64,000 nucleotides of DNA from Octopus vulgaris (Eukaryota). This document shows, one piece after another, positions 26,189-40,864 of this stretch (position 1 is the first letter of the stretch; each line of letters opens with the position of its first letter). The position numbers and the translations under genes were made by a program. The notes beneath the pieces were generated by a model. That model saw only the letters and a list, made by a program, of their open reading frames with translations, did no database searches and had not been told where the DNA came from. The stretch is taken from positions 41,292,001 to 41,356,000 of the forward strand of contig OX597834.1 in assembly GCA_951406725.2 (NCBI GenBank). The letters run 5' to 3'.

Positions 26189-26235
26189 TCTAGAGACACG
26201 CATGTTTCAGGATCATTGTCCTTCATCGGTCTAGA
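26189..26235 (-). ncRNA. Minimal type I hammerhead ribozyme, U4C variant with a GUC site
   Basis: Minus strand UCUAGA-CCGAUGA-AGGA(CAAUGA)UCCU-GAAA-CAU(GC)GUG-UC-UCUAGA; all three stems pair; lies in a TA-bounded island 26018-26283. Confidence 0.8.
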
Positions 26236-26989
26236 GTAGCAGACGCCCGTCAGCCGTTGATATCTGCCTCGACTCGCAAAAGTATATATCTAAATTCAGT
26301 GAAGTTTAGTCACTGATTACCAAAATCAGAAATATTAAATTTCTAAATCTCTCATAGAGATATGTACAGTGATATATTTATATATATTTATATTATATAT
26401 TGAGCATTGATTGTTGCATTAGGTGGTAACAATTCAAAGTGAATTACTCCTTTGTAATCCCACCTTTTTTCCCATGAAGTTCCCTTCACGGTTGTGGTTG
26501 AGCTTTTTCCCTTTTACCAAGTCACTGTTTACGACGTTTAACATTTCGATAGACGCGTGTGCGTGCGAGTGTGGGTGTGTGTGTGTCCTTTAGCAGAGCT
26601 TCCGAAACTGTTGGTGAAGTGAAGGGAGGAAGAAGTCAAGACTGTCACAGTAGGAAGTAACACTTCAGGAGGCTTTGTTATTCCTTCCCAGATCTTTGAA
26701 CCTGGCGTCAACGCATATGAAAGAGAGAAATCCGTCTCAGGACACGAGACATGTTGACGCGGACGTTGATTCGACGCTGATTCGACGCTGACTTAATTTT
26801 ACATCAGCTGTTGGTTTGTTCACATTCCCGTAACCCAAAGATTCCGCGCAAGAGAACGCTAGAATAAGTTTCAGACTTTAAAAAAATACCCCCCCAAAAA
26901 AATCAAAGAAGAAAAAACAAAAACAAAATAAAACAAATTAGTACTGGGATCAATTTCTTTAACCATCTCAAACTACACTCACGCACAGC

Positions 26990-27780
26990 AACCATTAATA
27001 CGGCCCCTTTGAATATTGTCAATAAATCCGATGACTTTTGGATCCCTCCCAAAAACTGAGACCATCACCTTCACTGCAGATAAAACGACCTTGGTCTTCT
27101 TTGGAGCAGGTGAGAAGGGCTATTTCCACAGCATGGATCGTCTCTTTGTCGCCGACTCAAAGTGATGAACCCAGCAATCATCCTGGGTTAGGACACGTTC
27201 AAGGAAGCCAAATGGGTCGACCTCAAACAATGTCGGTTTTCCCCTTGATGTAATCAACTTGGTGCAGTTTGGATCAGGTGTCAAAAGACGTGGCACCCAT
27301 CGAGCAGAAACTTTCGTCATCTCAAGTTCATTGTGCAGAATATTCTCAACTCTCTCACCATGTCGTGAATACGATCAATGTTTTCCTTGGTAGTGGCAGT
27401 TGCAGAGGACGTCCAGAAGTCGGATCATCTTCAAGACTCTTCCTTCTCCTCCAGAATTCATCTGCCCACTTTTGCACCGTTGATAAAGGTGGAACATCAT
27501 CCCCCTAATGTAGCAACCATGTCAGCGCCATTGTCTTTGGGGATTATGCCCCTTTTCTGCAGACACTTGATAAATCCACGATGTTAAATTTTGTTAATTT
27601 TCAAGAGAAGTTACAACCAGTTACTTTTGAAGTCTTTCGCGAACAGTCAGATGTCAGTTTACCGGGAAAGAAACGATATGGTTATTAAGAAAAAGCGTTG
27701 AAATTAATGCCTGTTAAATTTCACAGCTGTGTTATCACTCCTTTATAATCAACGTTTAAACTTTTCGGCCCACCTTTGTA
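26990..27780 (-). mobile_element. mariner (DD34D-type) transposase remnant
   Basis: LEDDPTSGRP, KVSARWVPRLLT, LTQDDCWVHHFE motifs. Confidence 0.88.
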
Positions 27781-28844
27781 AAATCGTCATCCAAGTGAGA
27801 ACGATGCTAAAGTAATTCGAACCAAGCTTATTACTAGTATTTATTTGTTCATACACAGGTGAGATGGAAAAGCAATGTAAACAGCGATATGTTAAGGGTT
27901 AAAATTACCTATATTGCTATATTTAGTTTTGGTGCTAAGAGGAGTGTACTAGAAACGGAACGCAATGTCACGACACTTGACAAAACCGGATACATGGCAG
28001 TTATTGGCACCTGATAGCGAGGTAACAATTATCACCTTGCTTAAAATCAACAACTCGAATTACCTACCTTGCAATTTTTGTCTTATTTTGTCGAAATTTT
28101 TCAAACTTTGAACAGGATTCCCCTAGTTTCTTGCGCCATATAACAAGTCCAAGAAATTTAAGAAACAATCAATAAAAATGCATTTAATTTTTGTTTTCAT
28201 GAGAATACACGGATATTATTTCTTGCTGATCCTTAATCAATGCCTGCCATGAGCCCCATTTGGGGATCTGCTAAAAACGCTCTCATTGTCGGTTGTGCTT
28301 AAAGTGAATTGCTTATGTATATTGCATTTGCAGGGATGTGTTTAGTAGTTAAAGTTTGTCATTATTAGCTCTGGCTTTTTCTAGAGGAATTTTATGTCAT
28401 GAATCGCAATTTTTGAACTACAAAAATATTGTCTGTTTTGAAAACGTTTTTTTTTTTGTTTGCATTACATTCGCATTTGGTACTAAAGTTAAGAAAACAA
28501 ACTAAAATGTTTGTTATTGCAGTTGAATAGAAAAGGATAAATATGTTCTTTTTCAGTGATGCCCCTGTGGGACTTTTCGAAAAATTTATCATAATTTCCA
28601 AAATTATTGACACACGAAGAAAATTTAAATACTATATATTATTTAAACTCCTAAGACACCTGGCAAAGCTAAATAATGCGAATAAAAAATTTGGCAGTTA
28701 ATGGGTTAAAACTGGAACAAGCGTGGCTGTGTTGTTAAGAAGTTCGCTTCGCACCCTCATATATATTTCAAGAATTATTGTTCTCTCATCAGTACCACAT
28801 CCATGCCATCAACTATCTACGAACGCATTGATGACATACCCGCT

Positions 28845-29060
28845 GAAATACCGAAATTGTAAACATTCTTGATGTTACATTAGGCATCTCTTCTCAGTTG
28901 TACTATTCTTCCCATATAATAAAGAAAACGTTTTACTACAACCACATAGAATCCAATTATCCAAGATTTGTAATCAGTGGAATAGCAAAAAGCTGGAATA
29001 GTAAAAAAGTGTCTCTATCCGCCAATAGGAACATTTTAAACACAACATTGCCTGATACAA
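28845..29060 (+). mobile_element. Penelope-like RT C-terminal/thumb remnant
   Basis: NTEIVNILDVTL...YYNHIESNYPRFVISGIAKS...SLSANRNILN resembles the Penelope pattern VNFLDVTL...YIH..SNHP..II..IP......LS.N..IFN. Confidence 0.55.
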
Positions 29061-29100
29061 CAATGACGGTCTTAGCAGAAGTGACTATACGGAAACGATT

Positions 29101-29142
<42 letters not shown>

Positions 29143-30686
29143 GGATGAGTGGGTGTATGCATGTATGATGCACATATACATATGTGTACACACACACACA
29201 CACACATATATATATTTAGCGCCATTAAAATGACAATATTTTGCTAAAGTACACGAAACACGATACTTTAAATTATGAGTAGAGAGAAAAAGTATCATAA
29301 CAAATTCAAACGTAATTCAAAACAATAGATTTGTTCCACTTTTGTACAAAGTTATATGAGTTTTAGATTTGATTAAACTCTATATATTTACATGAATAAT
29401 ATAACAGACGTATTGTAGTTTTTACAAGCGTTTTTGACATCAAACACTTTTGCCATCAGACATGTCAAAAGTGGTAAACACTCGAACGTGTTCAGCTGTT
29501 ATAATCCTGTTGAAAGAATCACTCAACAGCCATAGATTGCACCTTTAAATGAAAGCTATATTGGACTTAGACTAAATAGTTTCTGATATACAAATATAGA
29601 AATGCTTACGACTGGAACGTCTTTCACTATAGATTTTCAACTGCGATTGATCTGGAATGGGCTCACAACAGATCGAACTCACGATTGATTTGGGATGGGC
29701 TCAAATTTTAGTTTGAACCGACAACGGAGGGCCTCTGTGCGGGAACGAAACCTGGCATAATTTAGCATAATTTCTTTAAAATACACTATACCGTGTTAAC
29801 TAAAAATAATACGCTGAAAAATGAAGTTTCATATATACATCTAGGTTAAACATACATACATACATACATACATACATACATACATACATACATACATACG
29901 TACGTACGTACGTACATGCATACATACATACATATGCATACATACATACATACATACATACATGCATACATACATGCATGCATACATACATACATACATA
30001 CATACATGCATGCATACATACATACATGCATACATACATTCATACATACATACATACATACATACATGCATGCATGCATACATACATATATACATACATA
30101 AATACATCTGGAATAGGATAACAAGTAAAAATAACACCTAAAAACGAAGTTCACCATATTGAGACCAATGGGTCGAAAGTATGTTGGTGGAACTTAAATT
30201 GAAAGAGCCACTATTTTTTTTGGGGGGGTAAACTTTCTTTAGCCCCCATCCAATGTTACAGTTTATTTTCTGACTCCGTAGATTGGAAAGTGTAATATTT
30301 ATTATAAGAAGAACGAAGGGTTTGAACATTCAGACTTTATGCTTATTTCCACTTGGTCTATTCATAATAATTGTCCGACACAACTGCTGTTGCTGAATTT
30401 TTCCCGAACAGTCAATTGAGAAAAACATCTCATCGAAAAATGTCATGGTTTACTACTACTACTACTACTACCAAGCCAAATTCAAAGTAATAGAGGAGGA
30501 AAATTCCTCTATAACAATGTCATACTTATGTGCCCTGGAAAGATCCTACTAATAATGCATAAATCGGTGCATATAGATATGCAACAATATGCAGTTAGAG
30601 CGATTGAAGCACTTGTCGGACAATTATCATGAATAAACTAACTGAGAATAAACAAAGTTTGAATGCTTATATTCTTCATTCTTGTT

Positions 30687-30752
<66 letters not shown>

Positions 30753-30792
30753 ACACACGCACATACACACACGCACACACGCACACACACAC

Positions 30793-30838
<46 letters not shown>

Positions 30839-30919
30839 GTAAATGTAGAAATAAGCAAATAAGCAAATTAGACAAATCAATATAATAAGGTATATTAAAT
30901 ACAAAAAATGTATATGGAA

Positions 30920-31110
30920 GCACTCCGTCGGTTACGACGACGAGGGTTCCGGTTGATCCGAATCAACGGAACAGCCTGCTCGTGAAATTAACGTGTAAGT
31001 GGCTGAGCACTCCACAGACACACGTGCACCCTTAACGTAGTTCTCGGGGATATTCAGCGTGACACAGAGAGTGACAAGACCGGCCCCTTGAAATACAGGT
31101 ACAACAGAAA
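30920..31110 (-). mobile_element. 5'-truncated SINE, tail T1 only
   Basis: GCACTCCGTCGGTTACGACGACGAGGGTTCC...CCCTTAACGTAGTTCTC...GAAATACAGGTACAACAGAAA. Confidence 0.8.
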
Positions 31111-31139
31111 ATATATTGGTTCAAATGTACAAAAAAAAA

Positions 31140-31260
31140 AAAAAGAGAAAGACAGGTGAAGGAATAACAAGCAAGTGTATTAGTTTGATGCCCGAGAAGA
31201 ATGGAAAACTCTTTGGCGTTTCGAGCTTACTCTCTTCGACAGAAAGGAATGCATGAAAGA
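31140..31260 (-). mobile_element. Short Penelope-like terminus with a mutated hammerhead (31211-31246)
   Basis: Homologous to 49975-50100; minus strand CUUU-CUGUCGA-A-GAGA(GUAA)GCUC-GAAA-CG-CC-AAAG. Confidence 0.5.
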
Positions 31261-31376
31261 AAATGGGGAGAGAGAGAGAGAGAGAAAGAGAGAAGGGAAA
31301 GAGAGAGAGAGAGAAAGAGAGAAGGGAAAGAGAGAGAAAGAGAAACAAAACGTGTTTGTGTGTGTGTGTATGAATG

Positions 31377-31451
<75 letters not shown>

Positions 31452-31453
<2 letters not shown>

Positions 31454-31740
31454 AGGCACACGGTCTAGTGGTTAGAGCAGCGGACTCGCGGTCGAGGGAT
31501 CGCGGGTTCGAATCTCAGATCGGGCGATGTGTGTGTTTATGAGCGAAACACCTGAGCTCCGCGCGGCTCCGGCAGAAGGAAATGGCGAACTTCTGCTGAC
31601 TCTTTCGCCACAACTTTCTCTCACTCTTTCCTCCTGCATCTTGCAGCTCACCTGCGACGGACCGGCGTCCCGTCCAGGTGGGGAATCTATACGCCAAGGA
31701 AACCGGGAAACCGGACCTTATGAGAAGGAACAAACAACAA
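31452..31740 (+). mobile_element. tRNA-derived SINE, head A variant + Meta-like tail T2
   Basis: GGTTAGAGCAGCGGACTCGCGG...GGTTCGAATCTC; CTGCGACGGACCGGCGTCCCGTCCAGGTGGGG...GAAACCGGGAAACCGG. Confidence 0.8.
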
Positions 31741-32356
31741 CAACAACATACATACATATACATATATATACATATGCATGTATGTGCATATATGTGCATA
31801 TACATATATATATATATATAAGTGCATATAAATGTTTGTGTGTGTGAATTATATATGTATTATATTATATATGTGCCTGTGAGTGGGTGGGAGGAAAGAG
31901 AGTGAGAGAGAGAGGGAGAGAAAGAGGGTGAGGTGTGTTTGGTTGCCATGCAAAACAGGGTTGTCAATCGTTTATTTTTGACTTTGTTGACTGAGATATT
32001 TTAATCATATAACTGGCCATTAACTCTGAAATATAAGAACAGCTACCATTTATGGTGGGTTTGAAATAGTTAAATAAATGTCAACAAAACTCTGTTAAAC
32101 CTTTCAAAGTAAAAAAAATTCGTGAGTAATTTGTGTTATGAAAAAAAAAGAAAATAGAGCAAAATAAAAAATGTAAATGAAGGCTGAGAGTTATACAAAC
32201 TTACAATAACATGAAAGCCTCTCAAACGGTCGCTTGACCAGCTAGAAATAGCAACCAAATCTCTTTCTCTCTCGCCCGCTCTCACATCACACCGCACTCA
32301 CTTTGTAATGGGCAAATGGAGGTGCAGGTTTGGTTGTGTGGTAAGAAACTTATGGT

Positions 32357-32772
32357 AAGGCGGCGAGCTGGTAGAATCGTTAGCACGCCGGGCGAAATGC
32401 TTAGCGGTATTTCGTCTGCCGCTACGTTCTGAGTTCAAATTCCGCCGAGGTCGACTTTGCCTTTCATCCTCTCAGGGTCGATAAATTAAGTACCAGTTAC
32501 GCACGGGGGTCGATGTAAACGTCTTAATCCGTTTGTCTGTCCTTGTTTGTCCTCTCTGTGTTAAGCCCCTTGTGGGTAGTAAAGAAATAGAAATAGAAAT
32601 AGGTATATCGTCTGCCACTACGTTCTGAGTTCAAATTCCGCCGAGGTCGACTTTGCCTTTCATCCTTTCGGGGTCGATTAAATAAGAACCAGTTACGCAC
32701 TGGGGTCGATGTAAACGACTTAATCCTTTTGTCTGTCATTGTTTGTCCTCTCTGTGTGTAGCCCCTTGTGGA
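32357..32772 (+). mobile_element. Family N SINE dimer
   Basis: Two GTTCAAATTCCGCCGAGGTCGACTTTGCCTTTCATCC units. Confidence 0.88.
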
Positions 32773-32779
32773 TACTTTG

Positions 32780-33240
32780 GTTATCGGGATGTATATGCAA
32801 AGTGGGTTCCTTGCCAGTTGACATCCTATTTAGAGAAGAGAAGAGTGGGTGTCCGCTCTGATCAGCTGCAGGGATTTGGAGCCAATGAAACGTATTTCTT
32901 TCCGATCTGGTAACCGGGGATGAAACGTTGGTGTGGTGTATCTTTATGACGCGGAAACGAAAATTCATTCCATGGAATGACGTCACACCTGTTCACACCT
33001 GTTCCCCAGGCATAAGAACCAGTGATCAGCACAGAAGGACTCGGTGACTGTTTTGGGAGATAACAAGGCCGTCGTTCTCTTTGATTTTCTGTAACGTACC
33101 CGTACCAAGAATTGCGAGCGGTATATTGAGACTCTCATAAAGCTTAGAGTTGCCAATAGGAGGAAGAGATCGAACAAGAATCTGAAAGTGATCTGCATTC
33201 CTCATGACAGTGCGTGACCACCACATACAGCTTTGCTAAA
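32780..33240 (+). mobile_element. Decayed mariner transposase fragment
   Basis: DLVTGDET and HDSA*PPHTA (HDNARPH-like) motifs. Confidence 0.6.
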
Positions 33241-33392
33241 CAAATCCGGCAATCGGCAAAGAAGGCTGGTTTACGGGTCTCGGATCTTTGTGGTTTTCGT
33301 AACTGTTTACAATTTTGTTCTAATTGTTTTCAAATTTGGGATATGGATTAAGTTTTGTATGCTAAGTTATTGAATGTTTCCTTCCCAAGACA

Positions 33393-33598
33393 TGCCAGGC
33401 TCATAAGGGCCGGTTTCCCCACCTGGACGGGACGCCGATCCGTCGCAGGATTACTCATTTTTGCCGGCTGAGTGGACTGGAGCAACGCGAAATGAAGTGT
33501 TTTGCTCAGGAACACAACACATCGCCCGGTCCAGGAAACGAAACCACAATCTTACGACAATGAATCCAGCACCCTAACTACTAAGCCACGTGCCTCTA
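33393..33598 (-). mobile_element. SINE head B + tail T2
   Basis: CCACCTGGACGGGACGCCGATCCGTCGCAG followed by ACTCATTTTTGCCGGCTGAGTGGACTGGAGCAACGCGAAAT. Confidence 0.75.
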
Positions 33599-34082
33599 CA
33601 TGCTAAGTTATTAGCCTCTAAAATTTGCAAAATTTGGGTATTTTAGCCATTCAGGAGCGAGTATTTCACACATCACCGTGGTGAAAAATTCTGTCTCCAT
33701 AGTAACCAAAGATGCTACGCATGCTCACAAGGAGGAGAAGCAGATACGAAAAAGATGATTTACTTCATAAAATCCTCCTAGAGTGTATTGCAAACTTTCG
33801 TTCTTGAATTTTTTTAAATTAATAAATGTCTGTTTTAAACAATGTTTTGACTGTTATTTCTAGCAACTCCTGTTGGTTTGTTTGTTCGTAGCTTTTAAAT
33901 ATTTAATTTGCTGTCGAATGTTTTAATGTTAACTTTGCTCTTATATATTTTAATATTTTGACAGTTATTCGTAGCAATATTTCGATATGACGGTGTCCCA
34001 CCCCTGATGATGGAAGAGGCAGCGAACGCGTTGTTTTCTGATTGGCTGAAAATTCTGAAAATTAGCAAACTTTGAAGACCTC

Positions 34083-35285
34083 TCTTTTACTTGTTTCAGT
34101 CATTTGACTGCGGCCATGCTGGAGCACCGCCTTTAGTCGAGCAAATCGACCCCGGGACTTATTCTTTTGTAAGCCCAGTACTTATTCTATCGGCCCCTTT
34201 TGCCGAACCGCTAAGTGACGGGGACATAAACACACCAGCATCGGTTGTCAAGCAATGCTAGGGGGACAAACACAGACACACAAACACACACACGCATATA
34301 TATATATATACATATATACGACGGGCTTCTTTCAGTTTCCGTCTACGAAATCCACTCACAAGGCTTTGGTCGGCCCGAGGTTATAGTAGAAGACACTTGC
34401 CCAAGGTGCCACGCAGTGGGACTGAAACCGGAACCATGTGGTTCGTAAACAAGCTACTTACCACACAGCCACTCCTGCGCCTATAAACATTTTCGCAAAA
34501 TTTTTCTAGAATAAATGAATAGCAAATTCGGATTCAGCGTCAAAAATTACATCAACAAAACTTCGTTAAAGATAATTGTAAACGTTGATGAAAACCACAA
34601 CGATGCCAGGTCTCTCATCCACATTTAAGATCAAGCAGCCGGATCGATTACCGTGACAGAATGCATGTAGTGTATATAATTGCAAGTATATTGCCTATCA
34701 AGTTACTGTTTCGCCCTAGGTCTGTTCCGATTCAGACAGATCTACGCTCGAAGATGTTTATATAATGGTGAGCCCTCTCTTAAAAATTGACCTTAGTGTA
34801 CTTAAAACTGCGTTATCTAACGCATTTCGTTACATTTATTTTAATGTTATTCTGTAACGTATGTTTGAAGGAGGATTTCTTTGCTGTTTCTAGGCGCAGG
34901 AGTGGCTGTGTGGTAAGTAGCTTGTTTACCAACCACATGGTTCTGGGTTCAGTCCCACTGCGTGGCACCTTGGGCAAGTGTCTTCTGCTATAGCCTCGGG
35001 CCGACCAAAACCTTGTGAGTGGATTTGGTAGACGGAAACTGAAAGAAGCCCGTCGTATATATATATTTGTGTGTGTGTGTGTGTTTGTGTGAGTGTGTTT
35101 GTCCCCCCCAACATCGCTTGACAATCGATGCTGGTGTGTTTATATCCCCGTCACTTAGCGGTTCAGCAAAAGAGACGGATAGAATAAGTACTGGGCTTAC
35201 AAAGAATAAGTCCCGGAGTCGATTTGCTCGATTAAAGGCGGTGCTTCAGCATGGCCGCAGTCAAATGACTGAAACAAGTAAAAGC
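34083..35285. mobile_element. Two full family C SINEs: 34083-34482 (-) and 34892-35285 (+)
   Basis: Complete head, internal TA/TG microsatellite and CCAGCATGGCCGCAGTCAAATGACTGAAACAAG-type tail in each. Confidence 0.9.
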
Positions 35286-35979
35286 TTCTTTTACTAGAAG
35301 CTTCTTTTATTCGACGGTTCGTAGCGAATATTTTTGACAGGTTGTTGTTGTTGTTGTTATTGTTGGGGGGTGGGGTGGAAGGCGGTAAAGGAAGGCAGAC
35401 AGACCAGTATAGAATACTATCAACAGTTGTCAGTAGTGATTTGTTTGGCCGGGTCAGGACAGAAAAGGAGGCTAAGAAACCCCCATGACTCATTCGGACC
35501 ACCTTAGTTTCATCTCAGAAGATCTCATGAAGAAAGTTTTCGTTCGACTCATCAAGCAAGACAAACCATATAACGCGTTCCCGGACTTTCAGATGTTCAA
35601 ACACGTGATTTGCTTCAGTGAGAAAATAAACAAATAAATAAATAAACAAAGAAAAGAAAGAAGAAAAAAAAAAGAAAATAAGAAATAAGAAACAAATAAG
35701 GTTTATGTAATTCATCATAACTAGATGAATAAAAAAAAAAAAAAAAGAAAATTCTATGGGAAATCATGAATAAAAAGCTACATGGACTAAAAAATGTATT
35801 TTCAATAGATTTAATTTTGTCATTCTATTCTTTTTTTGTGTTATTTTATATATTTTTATGTCTGTCTCAAAGAAAGAAGAAGACGACGAAGAGAAAATAA
35901 AGAAAAGAAAAACAAAAAACAGGTTCAACCTGTTCGCCATTTCAAATGCCTTCAAAAGAAATATTCGTTTTGTGGTTTT

Positions 35980-36045
<66 letters not shown>

Positions 36046-36196
36046 ACATGTATACCTGCATACATATATGCACGCACACAACACACACACACAAACACAC
36101 ACACACACGTATATGAATCTTCTTAATGTCCCTAAATGAACTTGTATACATTAATGTACGTACGTATGTATGTACGTATGTATGTACGTATGTATG

Positions 36197-36230
<34 letters not shown>

Positions 36231-36599
36231 TGTATGTACGTACGTATGTATGTATATATGTATGTATGTATGTATGTTTGTATGTATGTATGCATGCATG
36301 CATGTATGTATGTATGTATGTATGTATGTATGTATGTATGTATGTATGTATGTATGTATGCATGCATGCATGCATGTATGTATGTATGTATGTATGTATG
36401 TATGTATGCATGTGTGTATGTATGTATGTATGTATGTATGTATGTATGCATGTGTGTGTATTGGCAAGAAGAACAGTCATACATACATACACACATACAA
36501 GTCTCACACTCATCCCTGTGTGTGTAAGTGAGTATGTGAGTATGTATGAGTGCGTGTGAGCGTTCATGGGTGGCAATATGTCACTAAAGGTATGTATGC

Positions 36600-36635
<36 letters not shown>

Positions 36636-36695
36636 ATCTATATATATATATATACTCGCTTACACATATTTATATTTATGCACCCACACACACAC

Positions 36696-36732
<37 letters not shown>

Positions 36733-36762
36733 TGTGTGCATAAATATAATATGTATATGCAA

Positions 36763-36823
<61 letters not shown>

Positions 36824-36861
36824 TACATATACATATATAAGTACTCGCATATACATACATA

Positions 36862-36899
<38 letters not shown>

Positions 36900-36915
36900 A
36901 TATACGTACATACAT

Positions 36916-36980
<65 letters not shown>

Positions 36981-36986
36981 CATACA

Positions 36987-37037
<51 letters not shown>

Positions 37038-37760
37038 CTGTACATACATATACATGCATACATACATACATAGATATGTATGTATATATATATAAATATA
37101 TATAATGTAGATAGGTAGATATAGGTAGGTAAAAAGATAGATGTACACAAGTGTGGCGAAAGGATGAAGTGGAGTGTAAGTAATTTCATGAATATAAAGA
37201 TTAAGTATCAAATATCAAACATTAAACTCGATATTTCATACACTTGACAATTAGTAGTTTTTTTGGGGACTCCCCCATCTCTTGTACGATTAGGCATTTC
37301 ACACACGCACACAAAATTCGAACATATCGAATGGCCCAATGTCAGCTACATTTTATCTATGTGTGCGAGTGCAGAATATTTCGATTACACGCCTCATATT
37401 CTCGCAAGATTTATATATATGTGTATGTGCGTGTGTGCACATAAGTACACTCACGCACATATATACATACACACATACACATACATACATACATACGTAC
37501 ATACATACATACATACATACATACATACATACATACATACATACATACATGCATACATACATAGACACTCACACACACAAACACATATACGAACATATAA
37601 GTATATTTATACATATGTATATAAATATATAATTCGATTATATATATATATGTATGTATGTATGTATGTGTATATATATATATATATATATATTCATATT
37701 CAGATGTACCCGTCTATATATATATGCACACAGACACACACATACACACGCGCGCACATG
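35980..37760. repeat. Large compound TA/CA/TATG microsatellite field
   Basis: Direct reading, with short unique interruptions. Confidence 0.85.
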
Positions 37761-38174
37761 CATACCCTCCCCCAGTTTATTAAATAACGGTAGTCGTAGT
37801 CCGAGAAAGACGGTTCTGCAATTTCGGGTTGAATAATCTACTCAAATGAGTTGTTTATAGTGATCAAATGTTTGTGTTGAACATTCGCTCACTGCCTCCA
37901 TCGAATCGACGTTACCTGAACAGGTGTGCGGTGGGACACGCGTGAAGTGTGGAAGTGATCGCACGGCGATGTGAGATGAAGTGTTTCGCTGAAGAGCGCA
38001 AGGCACTTGTGATCGTCAGTTCAACATCCTGACCACTAGTCTCACACACACACAGATACCTCCCCTACAGACACATAAATATAAATACACACACATGCAC
38101 ACACACACACACACACACGTGCACGCACACACACACACACACGCACACACAAACACACATATTTATCTCTCTCC

Positions 38175-38224
<50 letters not shown>

Positions 38225-38270
38225 GTCTGTCTATCTGTCTATCCACACACAAACACACATATACACACAA

Positions 38271-38345
<75 letters not shown>

Positions 38346-38767
38346 TTATAATTTCTTATACTCAAACCGGTGTAAATGAACTTTGAATGAAAGGCACCGT
38401 TGTTATAGGAAGTTCTATGAAGAACTTTTATCACCTGATTTTCCTAACGTGTAGCGTGCATCCTCTTCTCTCTTATAATAAGATTCAGATCTTCAAATCT
38501 GTCGGAACAAGAAATAAAGTAGTAAAACTATAAACTTTCATTAACCATGCAACATATTATGGACCACGGTAGTAAGTAATTTTTAATCCGGGAATCCACT
38601 GAAAGCAAAATGACTTTAGACCAGCGTTTCTCTATGACTTTAGACCAGTGTCTTTTTTTTGTAGCCATGGCCCCTCTTTAATTCTTGTTTAACTCGAATG
38701 GACCCGCATTACTATTCAATATTTTAAAAAATCCTTTAATATTTTTTTTAATAATGAAATATACAGT

Positions 38768-39006
38768 CGTAGGAGTGGCTGTGTGGTAAGTAGTTTGCTT
38801 ACGAACCACATGATTCCGGGTTCAGTCCAACTGTGTGGCACCTTGGGCAAGTGTCTTCTACTATAGCCTCGTGCCGACCAAAACCTTGTGAGTGTATTTG
38901 GTAGACGGAAACTGAAAGAAGCCCATCGTATATATATATATATATACACCAGCATCGGTTGTCAAGCGATGTTGGATGGGACAAACACAGACACACAAAC
39001 ATACAT

Positions 39007-39071
<65 letters not shown>

Positions 39072-39237
39072 CACATATATACGACGGGCTTCTTTCAGTT
39101 TCCGTCCGTCTATCAAATCCACTCACAAGGCTTTGGTCGGCCCGAGAGTGTAGTAGAAGACAAATGCCGAAGGTGCTACGCGGTGGGACTGAAACCAAAT
39201 ACATGTGGCTTGGAAGCAAGCTTCTTACCACATAGCC
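38768..39237. mobile_element. Family C SINE 5' half (+) fused through (TA)n to an inverted family C copy (-)
   Basis: + head 38768-38928; minus-strand copy 38947-39237 lacks its tail. Confidence 0.8.
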
Positions 39238-39742
39238 AATCTATAAAAAAAGAATTAAAATATTTTGTGTATTGTATAAGTAAAGCCAATTTATTGCAGA
39301 TAAATTTTAACAACAAAATCTCACTCGGACGCCCAAGTGTCATACGGATCCCGGTTGAGAAGCACTACTTTAGACTATAATGCTTATCCACTATCACTAG
39401 AGTGTACTATTAGGACGTCTTGACATGACACACCCATTGACTAGTAGTAAGGCACTCCGCGCTAAGCTTAGATTTAGCTACGACATAGGCGTGTTCAGTA
39501 ATTCGTATCTCAGCCGTGAACGGTCGGGTCAGGACTTGATGTCGATTTTGACATTTTAAAGTTTTTAGCTTTTTTTTCTCTCCTGTGTTTAATTTTTGAG
39601 TTATAAACAATTCATTCCGGGTCATGGAGCCCTTGAAACCGGGACCGTCTCGGTTAAGCTAGGGCGTTCATTCACCCTTATTTTCTATCTTTCTCTCCCT
39701 CGTTCTCTCTCTCTCTCTCTCTTTCCCTCCCTCCCTCCCTCA

Positions 39743-39829
<87 letters not shown>

Positions 39830-39830
<1 letters not shown>

Positions 39831-40063
39831 TGACATTTCTGTGATTACGATCCCTATTGATCAATTTTTTTTCCTCTCCCGTTTTCTTTTTTTTTCCTCT
39901 CCCACCCTTTTTTTTAAATCCTCCCCTTTTTTTGTCCTCTTTCTTTCCTTTTACGATCCCTTTTGATCGAAAACCAACCCCCTTTTTTTTACCCCCAAAA
40001 GAAAAGCTCTACCTTGTAATTTGTTCTGTCTGTGTGCAGCCCTGTGTGGCTAATAAAGAAACA
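39830..40063 (+). mobile_element. Second copy of the (TATC)n-embedded retroelement 3' end
   Basis: Homologous to 1015-1350; long TATC arrays on both sides. Confidence 0.65.
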
Positions 40064-40168
<105 letters not shown>

Positions 40169-40623
40169 TTGTCTGTCTGTGTGCTTCTCTGTCTGTCTGT
40201 AGATGTGTGTGGGCGTGCGTGTGTGCACACTTCTGTATGCGTGTGTGTGTGTGCGTGTGCACTCTCGTATGAGCTTAAAACATATGGAGACATATCTACG
40301 CGTTTAATAAGCACATTATTTCGTTGTGACTCAAACCACAACCTTTAGGCATCTTAGAACATCTTTATAAAAACGTAAAGCAAGAATCTGCCGCGCCTAA
40401 CAAAATTTAGATTATAGGATAAGGTTGACTGTCAAGCATACATACATATATTTACCTTCGAAACACGCATTGAGTCGAACCAGGGGCAGCTGATGAAGGG
40501 AATATTCCTTGTATTATTTGTCTTGTACTCTGTTTTTTCGTTGTTAAAAAAAAGTCCGTTTCCTTGTTTGTTTTTATGTTTTCGTTTCTCGTTGAGTTCT
40601 ACGTCTATTTGTGGTGTCCTGTA

Positions 40624-40689
<66 letters not shown>

Positions 40690-40763
40690 TGTATATATAC
40701 ATATAGATGTAGGTATGTACATATATGTATGTATGTATGCATATGTTTTATTTATTAAATTGT

Positions 40764-40803
<40 letters not shown>

Positions 40804-40864
40804 TTGTTGCTTTTGTAAAATCTCAGAAAATAATTAAAAATTCACATTTTTTATCATATATATA

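Noticed and set aside
33995-34030. CTGATGA motif as a hammerhead
   Set aside because: No GAAA or stem architecture downstream
35505-35625. Possible short exon (DLMKKVFVRLIKQDKPYNAFPDF)
   Set aside because: No recognisable homology and weak splice signals
40455-40510. Hammerhead from CTTCGAAAC...GCTGATGAAGG
   Set aside because: Core pieces are in permuted order and I could not build stems I and III; probably another Penelope-like remnant but unsupported
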